Notes: a model not told the origin generated them from the letters alone. A stretch of 64,000 nt of DNA from an uncultured Acidimicrobiaceae bacterium (GCA_963754755.1 CAVWHF010000004.1:781357-845356), one strand, 5' to 3'; positions 38,171-48,695 are shown, counted from the stretch's first letter. Numbers and translations: made by a program.

Positions 38171-39622
38171 GTGGCAATCGGGACTACGTCGCCCGGCTAC
38201 CGGTGGTTCGGTAGTGTGAAGGCCGTGGACGAAGGGCTACCGATCTCGCGACGGGCCATTCTCGGGGGCGCTGTGGCTGGGGCATCGGCGTTGGTGGCGG
38301 CAGCGGCCAGCGCCGGGTCCGCCGGGGCCTCCACGGTCGGTTCTGGTTCCCGGGCCAGGCCCAGGCCGGGTACTCTCCCCAATCCGGCCGCCGCCGCCGG
38401 CACCGACCAGCTCCCCCTGATCACCAACATCGTCGTGGTGATGATGGAGAACCACTCTTACGACAACATCCTCGGGATGATGAAGCACCGCGGGGACGGA
38501 TTCAAGCTGGACGCCCACGGCCTGCCTGTCGTCACCAACCCCTGGCCGGAGGACAGCCCGACCCCGCCGCCGGTGAAGAGCGCGGCGGTGCGGGCCTTTC
38601 CCATGCCCAACCCGTGCCAGGAGGAGCACTACCCCTACAACACCTGGGACGCCTACTGGACGTCCTACGCCGGCGGCAGGATGAACGGCTTCGTGAAGAG
38701 CCAGAGCGGCCCGGTCTCCATGGGGTACTTCAAGCCAGCGGTGATGCCGTTCGTCAACTCATTGGCCGCAACCTTCCCGGTGTGCGACCGGTATTTCTGC
38801 TCGGTCGGAGCGCAGACCTATCCCAACCGGCGGTTTCTGATGGCCGGGACCTCGCTGGGACTGCTCACCGACACCTTCACATCCGCCCGGCCGCCCAACG
38901 GCACGGTGTTCGAGTCTCTGATGGCGCACTCCATCTCGTGGAAGAACTACTACTCCTCGCTTCCCTCCCCACTGATCTGGAGCTACCTGACCGGTGTGCC
39001 GGGCTTTGCCTCCCACCTGTCCAAGATCGACCAGTTCTTCGCCGATGCCGCCGCCGGCAGCTTGCCGTCCTTCAGCCTGGTCGACCCGGACTTCGACAAT
39101 CAATCCGAGGAGAACCCCCAGGACGTCCAGTACGGAGACCAGTTCCTGTCCCGGGTGGTCAACGCCGTGATGGCCTCGCCCCAGTGGCCCGGCACCCTGC
39201 TGGTGTGGTGTTACGACGAATCGGGTGGCTACTACGATCACGTTCCTCCCCCCAAGGCGGTCAAGCCGGACGGCGTGGTCCCTGTCACCGCACCCGGGGA
39301 CCACGGGGGAGGATTCACCCGGCTCGGCTTTCGAGTTCCGGCCGGTGTCGTCTCCCCCTTCGCCCGCCGGAACTACGTGTCCCACGTCGTCCACGACCAC
39401 ACCTCAGTCCTCAAGCTGGTCGAGACCAAGTGGAACCTGCCCGCCCTGACCTATCGGGACTCTGCCGCCGACAACCTCCTGGACTCCGTCGATCTGACCA
39501 AGCGGCCGGCCTTCCTGACGCCTCCCCGACTGGCCGCTCCGATCGACCCGTCGCTGGCCGCCGGCTGCCTGGCCACCGGTCCCGGCACCATTCCGCCGCC
39601 CGGCTCGGTCACCTCGCGGTAG
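38171..39622 (+). CDS. Secreted phosphoesterase-family protein (phospholipase C / acid phosphatase type), Tat signal
   Basis: The twin-arginine signal reads SRRAILGGAVAGASALVAAAASAGSAGA. The phosphoesterase block reads IVVVMMENHSYDNILG, followed by YPNRRFLMAGTS. Confidence 0.85.
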   Translation: MAIGTTSPGYRWFGSVKAVDEGLPISRRAILGGAVAGASALVAAAASAGSAGASTVGSGSRARPRPGTLPNPAAAAGTDQLPLITNIVVVMMENHSYDNILGMMKHRGDGFKLDAHGLPVVTNPWPEDSPTPPPVKSAAVRAFPMPNPCQEEHYPYNTWDAYWTSYAGGRMNGFVKSQSGPVSMGYFKPAVMPFVNSLAATFPVCDRYFCSVGAQTYPNRRFLMAGTSLGLLTDTFTSARPPNGTVFESLMAHSISWKNYYSSLPSPLIWSYLTGVPGFASHLSKIDQFFADAAAGSLPSFSLVDPDFDNQSEENPQDVQYGDQFLSRVVNAVMASPQWPGTLLVWCYDESGGYYDHVPPPKAVKPDGVVPVTAPGDHGGGFTRLGFRVPAGVVSPFARRNYVSHVVHDHTSVLKLVETKWNLPALTYRDSAADNLLDSVDLTKRPAFLTPPRLAAPIDPSLAAGCLATGPGTIPPPGSVTSR

Positions 39623-39772
39623 CCGCGGCTGGCCGAGCTGAGCCCGACCGCAAGCCCAAGACGACGAGTCCTTCAGCTCCAATCAGCTGACGTAGCTGCA
39701 ACCGCTCGAGACCGACCGGTTGGTTGCGGCGCCTATACCGGGCCAGCTGGGGATGGGTCGCAACCGACCGAC

Positions 39773-41455
39773 TCAGGCATACGAAGCCAGGTACTCGTGG
39801 ACTGCCCGCACCGCGCTCGATCCCTCTCCGACCGCGGCAGCAACCCGCTTCATGGATCCCAGCCGCACATCGCCCACGGCGAACACTCCCGGCGCGGAGG
39901 TCTCGAAGGGCAGCACCTCTCTTCCGGCGAAGACGGAGTCGGCCTGGATTTCGGCAGGGAGCGACCGGTCGGTGAGGATGAACCCCTTGTCGTCGAGAGC
40001 GACGGTGCCATGCAGCCATGACGTGGCTGGTGTGGCGCCGATGAAGCAGAAGAGGGCGACGCAGTTCTTGACCTGGCGATGTCCGGAGGGAATGTGTTCC
40101 AGGACGACCCGCTCCAGATGGGTGTCGCCGTCGAGGCCCTGTACCCGGGTTTCGCTCAGAACATCGACATCAGGATCCGCGGCGATGCGGTCGATGAGGT
40201 ATTTCGACATGTTGCTCGACAGGTCCGACCGACGGATGACGATCGAAACCCTGCTACCACCCTGGCTCAGGTAGAGGGCGGCCTGTCCGGCCGAATTTCC
40301 ACCACCAACAACTACAACATCCGAACCGCTGCACGATCGGGTCTCGATATCCGTCGCGGCGTAGTAGACACCATTCCCCTCGAACTGCTCAAGATTGGAG
40401 ATTGCCAACCGCTGGTAGCGGGCACCGGTGGCGATGATGACGGCCCGGGTCGGTACCTCACTCTGGTCGAGGAGCGACACGACGTGGAATCCATTCTCGA
40501 CGCGAAGTCCCGCCACCTCGCAGGGGCTGACCAGCCACGCTCCCAGTCGCTGGGCCTGGACGGCCGTTCTGGCCCCGAGGTCCCCTCCCGAGATGCCATT
40601 GGGAAATCCCGCATAGTTCTCGATGCGCGAGCTGGAACCGGCTTGGCCGCCCGGGCCGACGGCGTCGAGTGAGACGGTATCAAGTCCCTCCGAAGCCCCG
40701 TAGACCGAAGCGGCGAGGCCGGCAGGTCCCACGCCGATCACCACCAGATCGAAGGTCCGCCCGGGGATGGGATGGTACGTGAGTCCCATCTCGTCGGCGA
40801 ACTGACCCGGCGTCGGGTGACGAAGGACTCCGGTAGGAGTGATGACAACCGGGGTGTCGCTGGGGCGCAGTCCCCTGCTCGCCAACAGCACCTCGACGTC
40901 GTCCGCCTCCTCGAGGTCGATCCAGGCATAGGCCAAACGGTTGCGGGCGGCGAACGTGCGGAGAGCCAAGGCGTCGCGTGAGAACCGCGAACCCAGGATC
41001 TGCACCGCCTCGCCTCCTGAAGTGGTCCGCAAGGTCTCGCGCCGCCCGACCAGAGCGCCAAAGATGGTGTCCGAAATGGTGGGCTTCGTCGCCATCAATC
41101 GACGGAACTCGTCGTGGAGAATGACGAGAACCACCCCCTCGCGGGTGGCCCGCGCCGTCAGATACGTGCGCTGTCCGGTGAGCAGGCCCAACTCCCCAAC
41201 GAACTGTCCGGGCCCGTAGACCACCACCACCTGCTGGGTTTCGTCGTCTCGGACGACTTCGACCTCCCCTTCGATGACCACGTAGAAATCCCACCGTGCT
41301 TCGCCGGCACGGTAGAGGGCATCTCCGGCGGCCAGTTCCCGACGCTCCCCGAACTCCGAGAGTTCCAGGAGGACATCCGGCGAGAACGAAGGAAACCGCA
41401 GGTCAGATGGGTCGGCGACCACCATCGGCGATCGGCTGTGATCGAGGTCGGTCAT
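39773..41455 (-). CDS. Cyclic-nucleotide-binding domain fused to thioredoxin-reductase-like FAD/NAD(P) oxidoreductase
   Basis: 560-aa ORF. The cNMP domain reads FYVVIEGEVEVV...FVGELGLLTG. The FAD motif is VVIGVGPAGLAASVYG and the NAD(P) motif is VVVVGGGNSAGQAALYL. The CxxC position reads CSGS. Confidence 0.88.
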   Translation of the reverse strand: MTDLDHSRSPMVVADPSDLRFPSFSPDVLLELSEFGERRELAAGDALYRAGEARWDFYVVIEGEVEVVRDDETQQVVVVYGPGQFVGELGLLTGQRTYLTARATREGVVLVILHDEFRRLMATKPTISDTIFGALVGRRETLRTTSGGEAVQILGSRFSRDALALRTFAARNRLAYAWIDLEEADDVEVLLASRGLRPSDTPVVITPTGVLRHPTPGQFADEMGLTYHPIPGRTFDLVVIGVGPAGLAASVYGASEGLDTVSLDAVGPGGQAGSSSRIENYAGFPNGISGGDLGARTAVQAQRLGAWLVSPCEVAGLRVENGFHVVSLLDQSEVPTRAVIIATGARYQRLAISNLEQFEGNGVYYAATDIETRSCSGSDVVVVGGGNSAGQAALYLSQGGSRVSIVIRRSDLSSNMSKYLIDRIAADPDVDVLSETRVQGLDGDTHLERVVLEHIPSGHRQVKNCVALFCFIGATPATSWLHGTVALDDKGFILTDRSLPAEIQADSVFAGREVLPFETSAPGVFAVGDVRLGSMKRVAAAVGEGSSAVRAVHEYLASYA

Positions 41456-41822
41456 CGGGACCTCATCCCAGGATCCTCGGCGCCGATAGAAGCGTCTGAT
41501 GAATTGTGGGTCGAATGGTGCCGTTCTCCTTGATCGAGAAGGGCTGATGCTCGTACTCGAAGGTTAACTTCACCCCGGCCCGCGTGCCGAGAGCGGTCGG
41601 GGTATCCGTCCATCGGACCCGCTCAGATTTGGGGGCGGAATCGTGGCCCCGTCAACGGCGTCATGGGCGGAGTGCGCCGATTCGGATCTGGCGGCCGCCG
41701 GCCGCCGGCCCACGGTCAGCGATTGACCCCGGTCAGGGCCGAGGATGCTGGTAGTTGCACGGTGGCAAGCAAGTCGCTCCCGTCACCGGACACCGGGGAT
41801 GGGGACCCGTGCTCCCCAAGAA

Positions 41823-42665
41823 TCAGTGCTCTCGGCTGGTAGCGGCGCCGCCTGTCCCGGCCATGGCTACGGCGGCGCCCATGAAGCCTGCGAACTCCTC
41901 GGGATGGGTACGCGGGGCAAAGTGACCGGCCCCAGGAACTGCATGCAACTGGGCGTTCGGGAGGCACTCGACCAGCCATCGGGCCCCTTCGTAGTGCTCC
42001 TTGACCGTAGCCGTCCCATAGCCGACAAGGGCCGGTACGAGCATGTCCTGGAAATCGAACGGGGAGTCCAACTCTGACGCCATGTCCTGCTGAAAGGCCG
42101 GTCCCTCCGAGCGGAGCTCGTTCCTCACATCGGGCGGGAGCCGTTCCCACCCCTGGTCGCCCAGCAACATGCGGCACATGTTCTCGATGTCATCGGCCGG
42201 CTCCTCCGATGCCGCGACCTTGGCGTTGTAGCGCTTGGTACTCCGGGGCCACCACTCGACCCAGGTGAGGGGCGGCTCCCACAACCCGACTGCGGAACAT
42301 GCATTCGGATCGATCGTTGCGGCGAGCATCGTGAGATTTGAGCCGAAGCTGTAGGCGACGACAACAGGAGGCTGGTCGCAACCGTCGAGGATCGCCAACA
42401 GATCATCGGCATGATCGATCATGGTCCGAGCCGGCCGGGCCCGGATCGATCGGCCGTAGCCACGTCGGTCGTAGAGGACGACCCGGCGATCGGAAACGTA
42501 GGGCAGCACGCCCCGAAAGCTGGTCGAGCGGTCGGGCGCTCCGTGGACAAGGACGATGGGCGGACTCACCGGCGGCCCGTGGACCTCGACATACACGGTC
42601 GACCGATCCATTGGGGCATCGTAGCGACGGCCGGCCGGTGGTGAGGGTGAATCGATCGGAGACAC
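41823..42665 (-). CDS. Alpha/beta hydrolase
   Basis: 280-aa ORF with LVHGAP, the nucleophile elbow AYSFGS and a C-terminal GAGHF. An alternative start exists at 42611. Confidence 0.8.
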   Translation of the reverse strand: MSPIDSPSPPAGRRYDAPMDRSTVYVEVHGPPVSPPIVLVHGAPDRSTSFRGVLPYVSDRRVVLYDRRGYGRSIRARPARTMIDHADDLLAILDGCDQPPVVVAYSFGSNLTMLAATIDPNACSAVGLWEPPLTWVEWWPRSTKRYNAKVAASEEPADDIENMCRMLLGDQGWERLPPDVRNELRSEGPAFQQDMASELDSPFDFQDMLVPALVGYGTATVKEHYEGARWLVECLPNAQLHAVPGAGHFAPRTHPEEFAGFMGAAVAMAGTGGAATSREH

Positions 42666-42860
42666 TCCGAGGCGTCTTCAGTTTCATGGAGCGACAGGAG
42701 TCAGGGTTTCGGCCTACCAGTCAGAGTCAGCGAGCCATCCTGCACACGTGGGTCCGTGGCACCGGGTTCCCCGATGGGCACGGTGACGCGCTAGGGGCTA
42801 CTCAGCCTTCTGAGGCCGAGGCCGCCAGTACCCTCCCTCCACGATCACGACTGCCAGGCG

Positions 42861-43235
42861 CTACTTGTCTTCGGCCTCCAGGATGGCGATGTCTTCTTCG
42901 ACGGCATGGAGCTTGCCGTCTTCTCCCACCACCGAGAGCTTTTCGTCTACTACAGCGTCGCCCTCTGGCGTGATGACAGCGACGGTCTCGTCCGTTGCCA
43001 CGATGTTTCCTTCGCCGTCCACCGCCATTACGAGGTCATCGATGACGAGATTGCCTCCTTCGTCGACCGCGTCGGTCTCGATCTCCACTGTCTCCAGGGA
43101 ATCCTCGCCAGCTGATGTGCCGTTGGTCTCGCTCATGGTGAGTTTCCTTTTCGCTGTTGTCCGTCGAAGGTATGAGCCAACTGCGATCAGAGCAAAAGCT
43201 CCGAGCACCGTCCACACCACGTTCTTCCGCTTCAT
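42861..43235 (-). CDS. Hypothetical membrane-anchored, highly acidic repeat protein
   Basis: MKRKNVVWTVLGAFALIAVGSY forms a TM anchor. It is followed by a D/E/V-rich repetitive domain (VDEGGNLVIDDLV, VDGEGNIVATDETV, TPEGDAVVDEKLSVVGEDGKL). The local GC is lower than in surrounding genes. Confidence 0.5.
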   Translation of the reverse strand: MKRKNVVWTVLGAFALIAVGSYLRRTTAKRKLTMSETNGTSAGEDSLETVEIETDAVDEGGNLVIDDLVMAVDGEGNIVATDETVAVITPEGDAVVDEKLSVVGEDGKLHAVEEDIAILEAEDK

Positions 43236-43645
43236 TTCTTGTCCACCTCGACCTCTATTGTGACCGTCCACGGCGTCTGTGACCAATGCAGGTCACACAG
43301 CGGCTCTACGAGTCGGTCGTGGTTCGCCGTCGGCCCGGTTCGCCCATTATTTCAGGCCAGGTGATCGGAGGAGTTGCTGGGCGACCCGTTCTCGACTGAG
43401 GAAGGGGCCGATCTCATCGGTCAGCGTCGCGGCGTCCCATGCACCCGGTTGATGAGATCGACCCGTCGAACCGCCGACGGCGTCCGGAACGGCGAAGGTG
43501 ATTCGGACCACCCACGAAGATCGGCGACAAAATCTTTTGTTGCCTACTGCTCGCCATCCGAGGGAACATGGACCGAAGAAAGGCAGTCGGGCCATCGTCA
43601 TTCGTCCATGCCCTGGGTGCCTGTCGACACTCACGAGGAGACCGG

Positions 43646-44287
43646 ATGAGGCGCGATCGTCCGAAGTGGTGGCCATTGCTATTGGGAGCATCGGTAGCGC
43701 TGGTGGCTGGTTTGCTCGTGGTGGGAGAGAGCGGCGCCGGAGCCGCAGTGGGCACGGCGGTCAACGAGCCCACGTACGGCTTCTCGTTCCTCCTTCCACC
43801 GAGCTGGAAGACAGTTCCCCTCAACGGCGGTGATGTGACAGCACTCCTGAACGCCGCAGCCCACAACGATCCGACGTTGGCCAATGCTCTGAGCGGTGAA
43901 GTCAATGGGGCGGCCTCGAAGGGCATCAAGGTGTTTGCCGTCGGTCCGGTCAGCGGCTCGATGGCGGCGAACATGAACATCGTTATCACGTCGTCCGCAG
44001 GGGCGCCGACCGGAAGTGAGTTCGCACCGGCGGCAGTGGCTGAAGCGAAGATCGGTCTCACTGAGCTCGGTACGAATCACACCAGGATATCTGTTGTCCA
44101 CAATCGCCTCGGTACGGTCGCCCAAGCTACCTACGAGCTGACCCTGAAAGGATCGCCCCCCCAGTTCGGCGATCAGATCTACGCGATGCACAAATCGTAC
44201 ATAGAGATCATTTCAGTGACTACCTCGAACCCGTCGAAATCCCAGGCGGCGGCACGGGTGATCGTGAACAGTTGGCGGTGGCAGTAG
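43646..44287 (+). CDS. Hypothetical secreted protein
   Basis: The start MRRDRPKWWPLLLGASVALVAGLLVVG is a signal or anchor sequence. No recognisable domain. Confidence 0.5.
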   Translation: MRRDRPKWWPLLLGASVALVAGLLVVGESGAGAAVGTAVNEPTYGFSFLLPPSWKTVPLNGGDVTALLNAAAHNDPTLANALSGEVNGAASKGIKVFAVGPVSGSMAANMNIVITSSAGAPTGSEFAPAAVAEAKIGLTELGTNHTRISVVHNRLGTVAQATYELTLKGSPPQFGDQIYAMHKSYIEIISVTTSNPSKSQAAARVIVNSWRWQ

Positions 44288-44356
44288 CTCGCCGGTTCAA
44301 CGTAAAGAGCCTGGTCAACCGCGTTTGCGCCCCACGTGGGGAGGAGTGATGTCGAT

Positions 44357-44731
44357 ATGGCGAAATCCGTGATCTTCAGTCTGACGGTGGTCGGCGACTC
44401 TGCCCGAGCCAAGGCCACCGCGGAACAAGCTCTCGTGGACAGACAGTTCAGGGTCAACTGGACAGACGATTGGAGCGCCATCGCCGAACGTGGCAACAAG
44501 GTGGCAAATGCATTGGCCGGTGCCATGGCTCAATACATGAAGGTGATGGTCTCTCTCCATACTGGAGGCGAGCCAGGTCACATCGTGATCCGGCTGCAGA
44601 AGGGGTCATCGGGCGCCATGGGAGGTGCGATCGGCGTATCCCGCACCACCAAGAACCTGTCCGCCCTCCGGGATCAACTGGCCGAGACCTTCCAGGCTGC
44701 AGGAGTTCTCGTCGGCGTGACTCAGGATTGA
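44357..44731 (+). CDS. Hypothetical protein
   Basis: SD GGGAGGAG is upstream of ATG 44357. The 124-aa product has no recognisable domain. Confidence 0.45.
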   Translation: MAKSVIFSLTVVGDSARAKATAEQALVDRQFRVNWTDDWSAIAERGNKVANALAGAMAQYMKVMVSLHTGGEPGHIVIRLQKGSSGAMGGAIGVSRTTKNLSALRDQLAETFQAAGVLVGVTQD

Positions 44732-45182
44732 CGGTCCTGATCGATGCGAGAATCTCCGGCGTGATCCGAACCTCGCCCTTTGTCCACCCCATCACAGTCC
44801 GGTACCTGGAGGTTGATCAACAGCGGGTTGTTTTCAACATGTGGTACCTCGCCTATCTGGATGACGCCATGACCGCCTTCCTTCTCGAGGGGGACTTCCC
44901 TACAGCCAAATGGTCGGCCGCGGATGCGATGTCCAACTGGTCCACACCGAGCTCGACTGGACAGGTTCCCTTACCTGGTCCAGCCCCGCCCGGGTCTTGG
45001 TCGGCCTCGCCAACGTCGGCCACACCTCCTTCACGCTTCAGTTCGATTTCCGCTCTCTCGACCAGATCGTCGCCACCGCCAGCAGCGTCTACGTTTCGAT
45101 TCACACGGACGGATCGGGCAAGCGCAACCTGCCGCCGTTTCTCATCGAAGCGCTGGGAGCAGTCAGTCCTCTGCGGGCCTGA
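44728..45182 (+). pseudogene. 4HBT/YbgC-like acyl-CoA thioesterase, frame-disrupted as sequenced
   Basis: FVHPITVRYLEVDQQRVVFNMWYLAYLDDAMTAFLLEGDFP is in the frame of ORF 44470..45393. YSQMVGRGCDVQLVHTELDW... is in ORF 44910..45182. They join at the CCC run 44898-44900. The TTG start overlaps the upstream stop. Confidence 0.65.
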
Positions 45183-45412
45183 GGAGATCATCGGCCGGCG
45201 TAGGCCCGTTGGACCGGATCCGATCACGGTCCCCCCTGACCCACAGAAGAGATGCGAACAACGCCTCAGCCGGCCCCGGGGTGTGTCTCCGGAGGAAGGG
45301 CTTCAGCTTTGCCTCGGACTTCGGGAGGATTCGAGCCGGCACCTCGTGCCGGCTCAGTCGCTACGGTGGAGTCCGGCGGGGAACGGCAATTGACGACGAT
45401 CGGAGACCGGCA

Positions 45413-45859
45413 ATGACCACAAAGTCCGCCTTCACAACCGAGGAGTGGCAGCTCATCCTGGAAGCGCCACCGAGTGCGGGAATGATCGTGGTCACGGCGC
45501 AACGAGGCGGATCGTTTCGCGAGAGCATCGCCATCGCCAAGGCCTACGTGGAGGCCCGCCGACAACACGGCGAGAGCGAACTGCTGGATGCGATCGTGGC
45601 GGCCAAACCTGAGCGGGACCACACGCACTACCACTCCCCCGACGAGTTGAAGCAGAGCGGACTGAAACACCTGCGTGACTCAGTGGCCCTCCTGGAGCAG
45701 AAGGCCACCCCGGCGGAAGTTGACGACTATCGCCGGTTCATCATCACGCTGACCCACAAGGTCGCAGCTGCCCATCGGGAGCACGGTGTAGATGTGAGCG
45801 AGTCCGAGCAGGCGGCAATTAACGACATCGCGGGAGCCTTGGGCACAACTGCCGCCTAG
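45413..45859 (+). CDS. Hypothetical protein
   Basis: 148 codons at the end of ORF 44924..45859 (MTTKSAFTTEEWQLILEAPPSAGMIVV...). No domain recognised. Confidence 0.5.
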   Translation: MTTKSAFTTEEWQLILEAPPSAGMIVVTAQRGGSFRESIAIAKAYVEARRQHGESELLDAIVAAKPERDHTHYHSPDELKQSGLKHLRDSVALLEQKATPAEVDDYRRFIITLTHKVAAAHREHGVDVSESEQAAINDIAGALGTTAA

Positions 45860-45967
45860 GAGCGACCGAGTCCCACCAGGGCATCACCCAGGGTCCTCCC
45901 GCTCTGAGATGGGGCCGGCGCCTGTTCGTCGCCGCCCCGCTGACCCGCGGCACGATGTTGAGTCCGG

Positions 45968-46309
45968 TTGAGGGCGCAGCGCATGGAACCTGCTCAGCCG
46001 ACCGAGTTCACACGACGTTCACTGTGGGAGTCGATCCGCCCCGTGGTCGGAGCCGGAGGAGGCGGGCAGCCCATTCCCAGGCTCGCTATCGTCTGGTGCT
46101 GGTGTGGCTTGTCGGCAAGGGATGCCACCGACACAAAGGTTCGCACCGTGATAACGCAATCCGATTGTCCGAACTGTCACCGCACCCTCATCCCCAAGCT
46201 CGTCATCCGGGGCGGAGTATGGAGGGGAAGCGGCCCTGACCCCGGTATTTCGTACATGTGCCGCTGGTGCGACTACGAGTGGGCCGAGCGCACCAGCCAG
46301 GCGTCCTGA
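45968..46309 (+). CDS. Hypothetical zinc-ribbon protein (start uncertain)
   Basis: Two CxxC pairs are present (CPNCH ... CRWCDYEW). Only the C-terminal ~53 codons look convincingly coding. Confidence 0.3.
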   Translation: MRAQRMEPAQPTEFTRRSLWESIRPVVGAGGGGQPIPRLAIVWCWCGLSARDATDTKVRTVITQSDCPNCHRTLIPKLVIRGGVWRGSGPDPGISYMCRWCDYEWAERTSQAS

Positions 46310-46735
46310 CAGAAGGAGCCGTATCCAGTTTCGACGGGACTACTCCGGCTTCGGCATGCACCGACGCCCCCCGTTGGGCCCGCCGACGTCAGCTCCGACG
46401 GGCCGGCTCTCCCCTGCCTCAGCCGACCAGGCGGGTGCCGCCCGCCGGTTGGCGACCCAGGCACGGGACCGTCCTTATGCAGTTCTGCGCGGCACCTTAT
46501 GTTGCTCTTGAACTCGGTCCCTAGGTTCAGTACCAGGAGGCAAGCAGACCACGCCACTGCTTGAACGAAGATGGTCCTACTCATCATGATTCCTTTGATT
46601 GCATTCACGTTTACCTGCGCGGCAATACCACTGTTCACCAGCTGACGCTGGCCTGATCGGATGGGACGGCCATCCCTCATCCGACTCGCCCATTGATCTG
46701 CACACGGAGCCTGTGGGGGCTGCAAGACTTCGGTC

Positions 46736-47620
46736 ATGGAGGTGCACCTGGTGGACGGGACGTATGAGCTGTTCCGCCAGTACTTCGGCCAGCCCCCGAG
46801 GAAGGCGGCTGACGGCGAGGAGATCGGTGCCGTCCGTGGTGTCCTGCTGTCCCTGCTCGGCATGGTGGCCGACGGCGCCTCCCATGTGGGCGTGGCCACC
46901 GACCATGTCGTCGAGTCGTTCCGCAACGACCTGTGGCCCGGCTACAAGACCGGCGCCGGCATCGAGCCCGAGCTGCGCGTCGCAGTTCGGCATCCTGGAG
47001 ACGGCCCTGGAGGCAATGGGCCTGGTGGTGTGGCCCATGGTCGAGCTCGAGGCCGACGACGCCCTGGCCTCGGCAGCCTCGGTGGCCGCTGAGGATGGTG
47101 CCGTCGACCGGGTGATCATCTGCACCCCGGACAAGGACCTCGCCCAGTGCGTGGTCGGTGGGCGGGTGGTCCAACTGGACCGGCGCAAGGGGGTGGTGAC
47201 CGACGAGGACGGGGTGTGGGCGAAGTTCGGGGTCGCCCCCGGTCCATCCCCGACTGGCTGGCCCTGGTGGGGGACTCCGCCGACGGCTTTCCCGGACTGG
47301 CCGGATGGGGCCGACGGTCGGCCTCGGTGGTGCTGGCCCACTACGGGACCTTCGACGCCGTGCCCGACGATGTGGCCAGCTGGGATCCCGAGGTGCGGGA
47401 TGGATTGCGGGGGGCGGCCACCCTGGCCGCACGACTGGCCGGGGAGCGGGACCGGGCCGAATTGTTCCGGGACCTGGCCACCCTGCGCCGGGATCCGGAC
47501 CTGCTCGACCGGGTCTCCTCCCTCCGCTGGGCCGGACCCACCGGCCGGTTCGACGAGGTATGCCGCCGGCTGCGGGACCCGGCCCTGGCCGAGCGGGCCC
47601 ATGCCGTGGCGGCCCGCTGA
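46736..47620 (+). pseudogene. 5'-3' exonuclease / flap endonuclease (Pol I N-terminal-domain family), frame-disrupted twice as sequenced
   Basis: HLVDGTYELFRQYF...DHVVESFRNDLWPGYK is in ORF 46736..47092. MVELEADDALAS...IICTPDKDLAQ is in the frame of ORF 46599..49889. IPDWLALVGDSADGFPGLAGWG is in ORF 47147..47620. Shifts are near 46978 and at the C5 run 47236-47240. Confidence 0.75.
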
Positions 47621-47633
47621 CCGTTTCCACCGG

Positions 47634-48695
47634 CTACCCGCGGGTGCCGAAAACCTCCTCCAGCTCGGTCGGCACCGGCGTGTCCAGCTGGGAGTAGGTG
47701 CACGACGCCGGACTCCGGTCCGGACGCCAGCGGACGAAGGACGTGGCGTGCCGGAAGCGGTCCACCTGCAGGTGGTCGTAGGCCACCTCCACCACCAGCT
47801 CGGGGCGGATCGGCTCCCAGCTCAGGTCCTTGCCCGCACTCCACCGGCTCTGTCCCCCGGGGACGCGGCCAGCCGGTGTTCCCTCCGGGAGCCAAGGGTG
47901 GCCGCCGGTGGCGTCGCGGCGGTACGGCTCCATCGCCCCGACGAACTCCGCCCGCCGGGCGGCGCTGAACCCGGAGGCCACGCCGACATGATGGAGTACG
48001 CCCGACCCATCGAACAGGCCGAGGAGCAGGGAGCCGACCACCCCCCCGGTCTTGTGCCACCGGAACCCGCCGACCACGCAGTCGGCCGTCCGCTCGTGCT
48101 TCACCTTCATCATGGCCCGCTTGTCGGGCTGGTAGCGGAGCTCACCGTCCTTGACGACCACGCCATCCAGTCCGGCGCCCTCGAACCGCGAGAACCAGTC
48201 CCGGGCCACGTCCGGCCGGGTGGTCACCGGGGTGAGATGGACAGGAGGCCGGGCCGGGCCGAGCGCCTGCTCAAGGGTCCGGCGGCGGGCGGCGTAGGGC
48301 TCGGCCTGCAGATCAGCGTCGTCCAGGGCCAGGAGGTCGAAGGCCACGAAGGAGGCCGGCGTGGTGCGGGCCAGCAGCTCGACCCGCGAGTCGGCCGGAT
48401 GGATCCGCTGGGACAGGGCGTCGAAGTCGAGCCCATCCGGGCCGGCGATGACGATCTCGCCGTCGATGACACAGCGCCCGGGCAGATTGGCCCGCAGCGT
48501 GTCCACCAGCTCAGGGAAGTACCGGGTCAGCGGCTTCTCGTTACGGCTGCCCAACACGACGTCGTCTCCGTCCCGGAACACGATGCACCGGAAGCCGTCC
48601 CACTTGGGCTCGTAGTAGAGGCCCTCCCGTTCCGGCAATTCACGGGTCAGCTTGGCCAACATCGGTGCCACCGGCGGCACGACGGGAAGAGCCAC
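47634..48695 (-). CDS. ligC: ATP-dependent DNA ligase (LigC-type, stand-alone ligase core)
   Basis: 353-aa ORF. Motif I reads YYEPKWDGFRC, followed by LDGVVVK, AMMKVKH and an OB domain. Confidence 0.88.
   Translation of the reverse strand: MALPVVPPVAPMLAKLTRELPEREGLYYEPKWDGFRCIVFRDGDDVVLGSRNEKPLTRYFPELVDTLRANLPGRCVIDGEIVIAGPDGLDFDALSQRIHPADSRVELLARTTPASFVAFDLLALDDADLQAEPYAARRRTLEQALGPARPPVHLTPVTTRPDVARDWFSRFEGAGLDGVVVKDGELRYQPDKRAMMKVKHERTADCVVGGFRWHKTGGVVGSLLLGLFDGSGVLHHVGVASGFSAARRAEFVGAMEPYRRDATGGHPWLPEGTPAGRVPGGQSRWSAGKDLSWEPIRPELVVEVAYDHLQVDRFRHATSFVRWRPDRSPASCTYSQLDTPVPTELEEVFGTRG

Noticed and set aside
37233-38177. 314-aa minus-strand ORF
   Set aside because: It is antisense to the SAM-dependent methyltransferase, which has a clear motif I (VLDVGCGEG). 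No domain signal.
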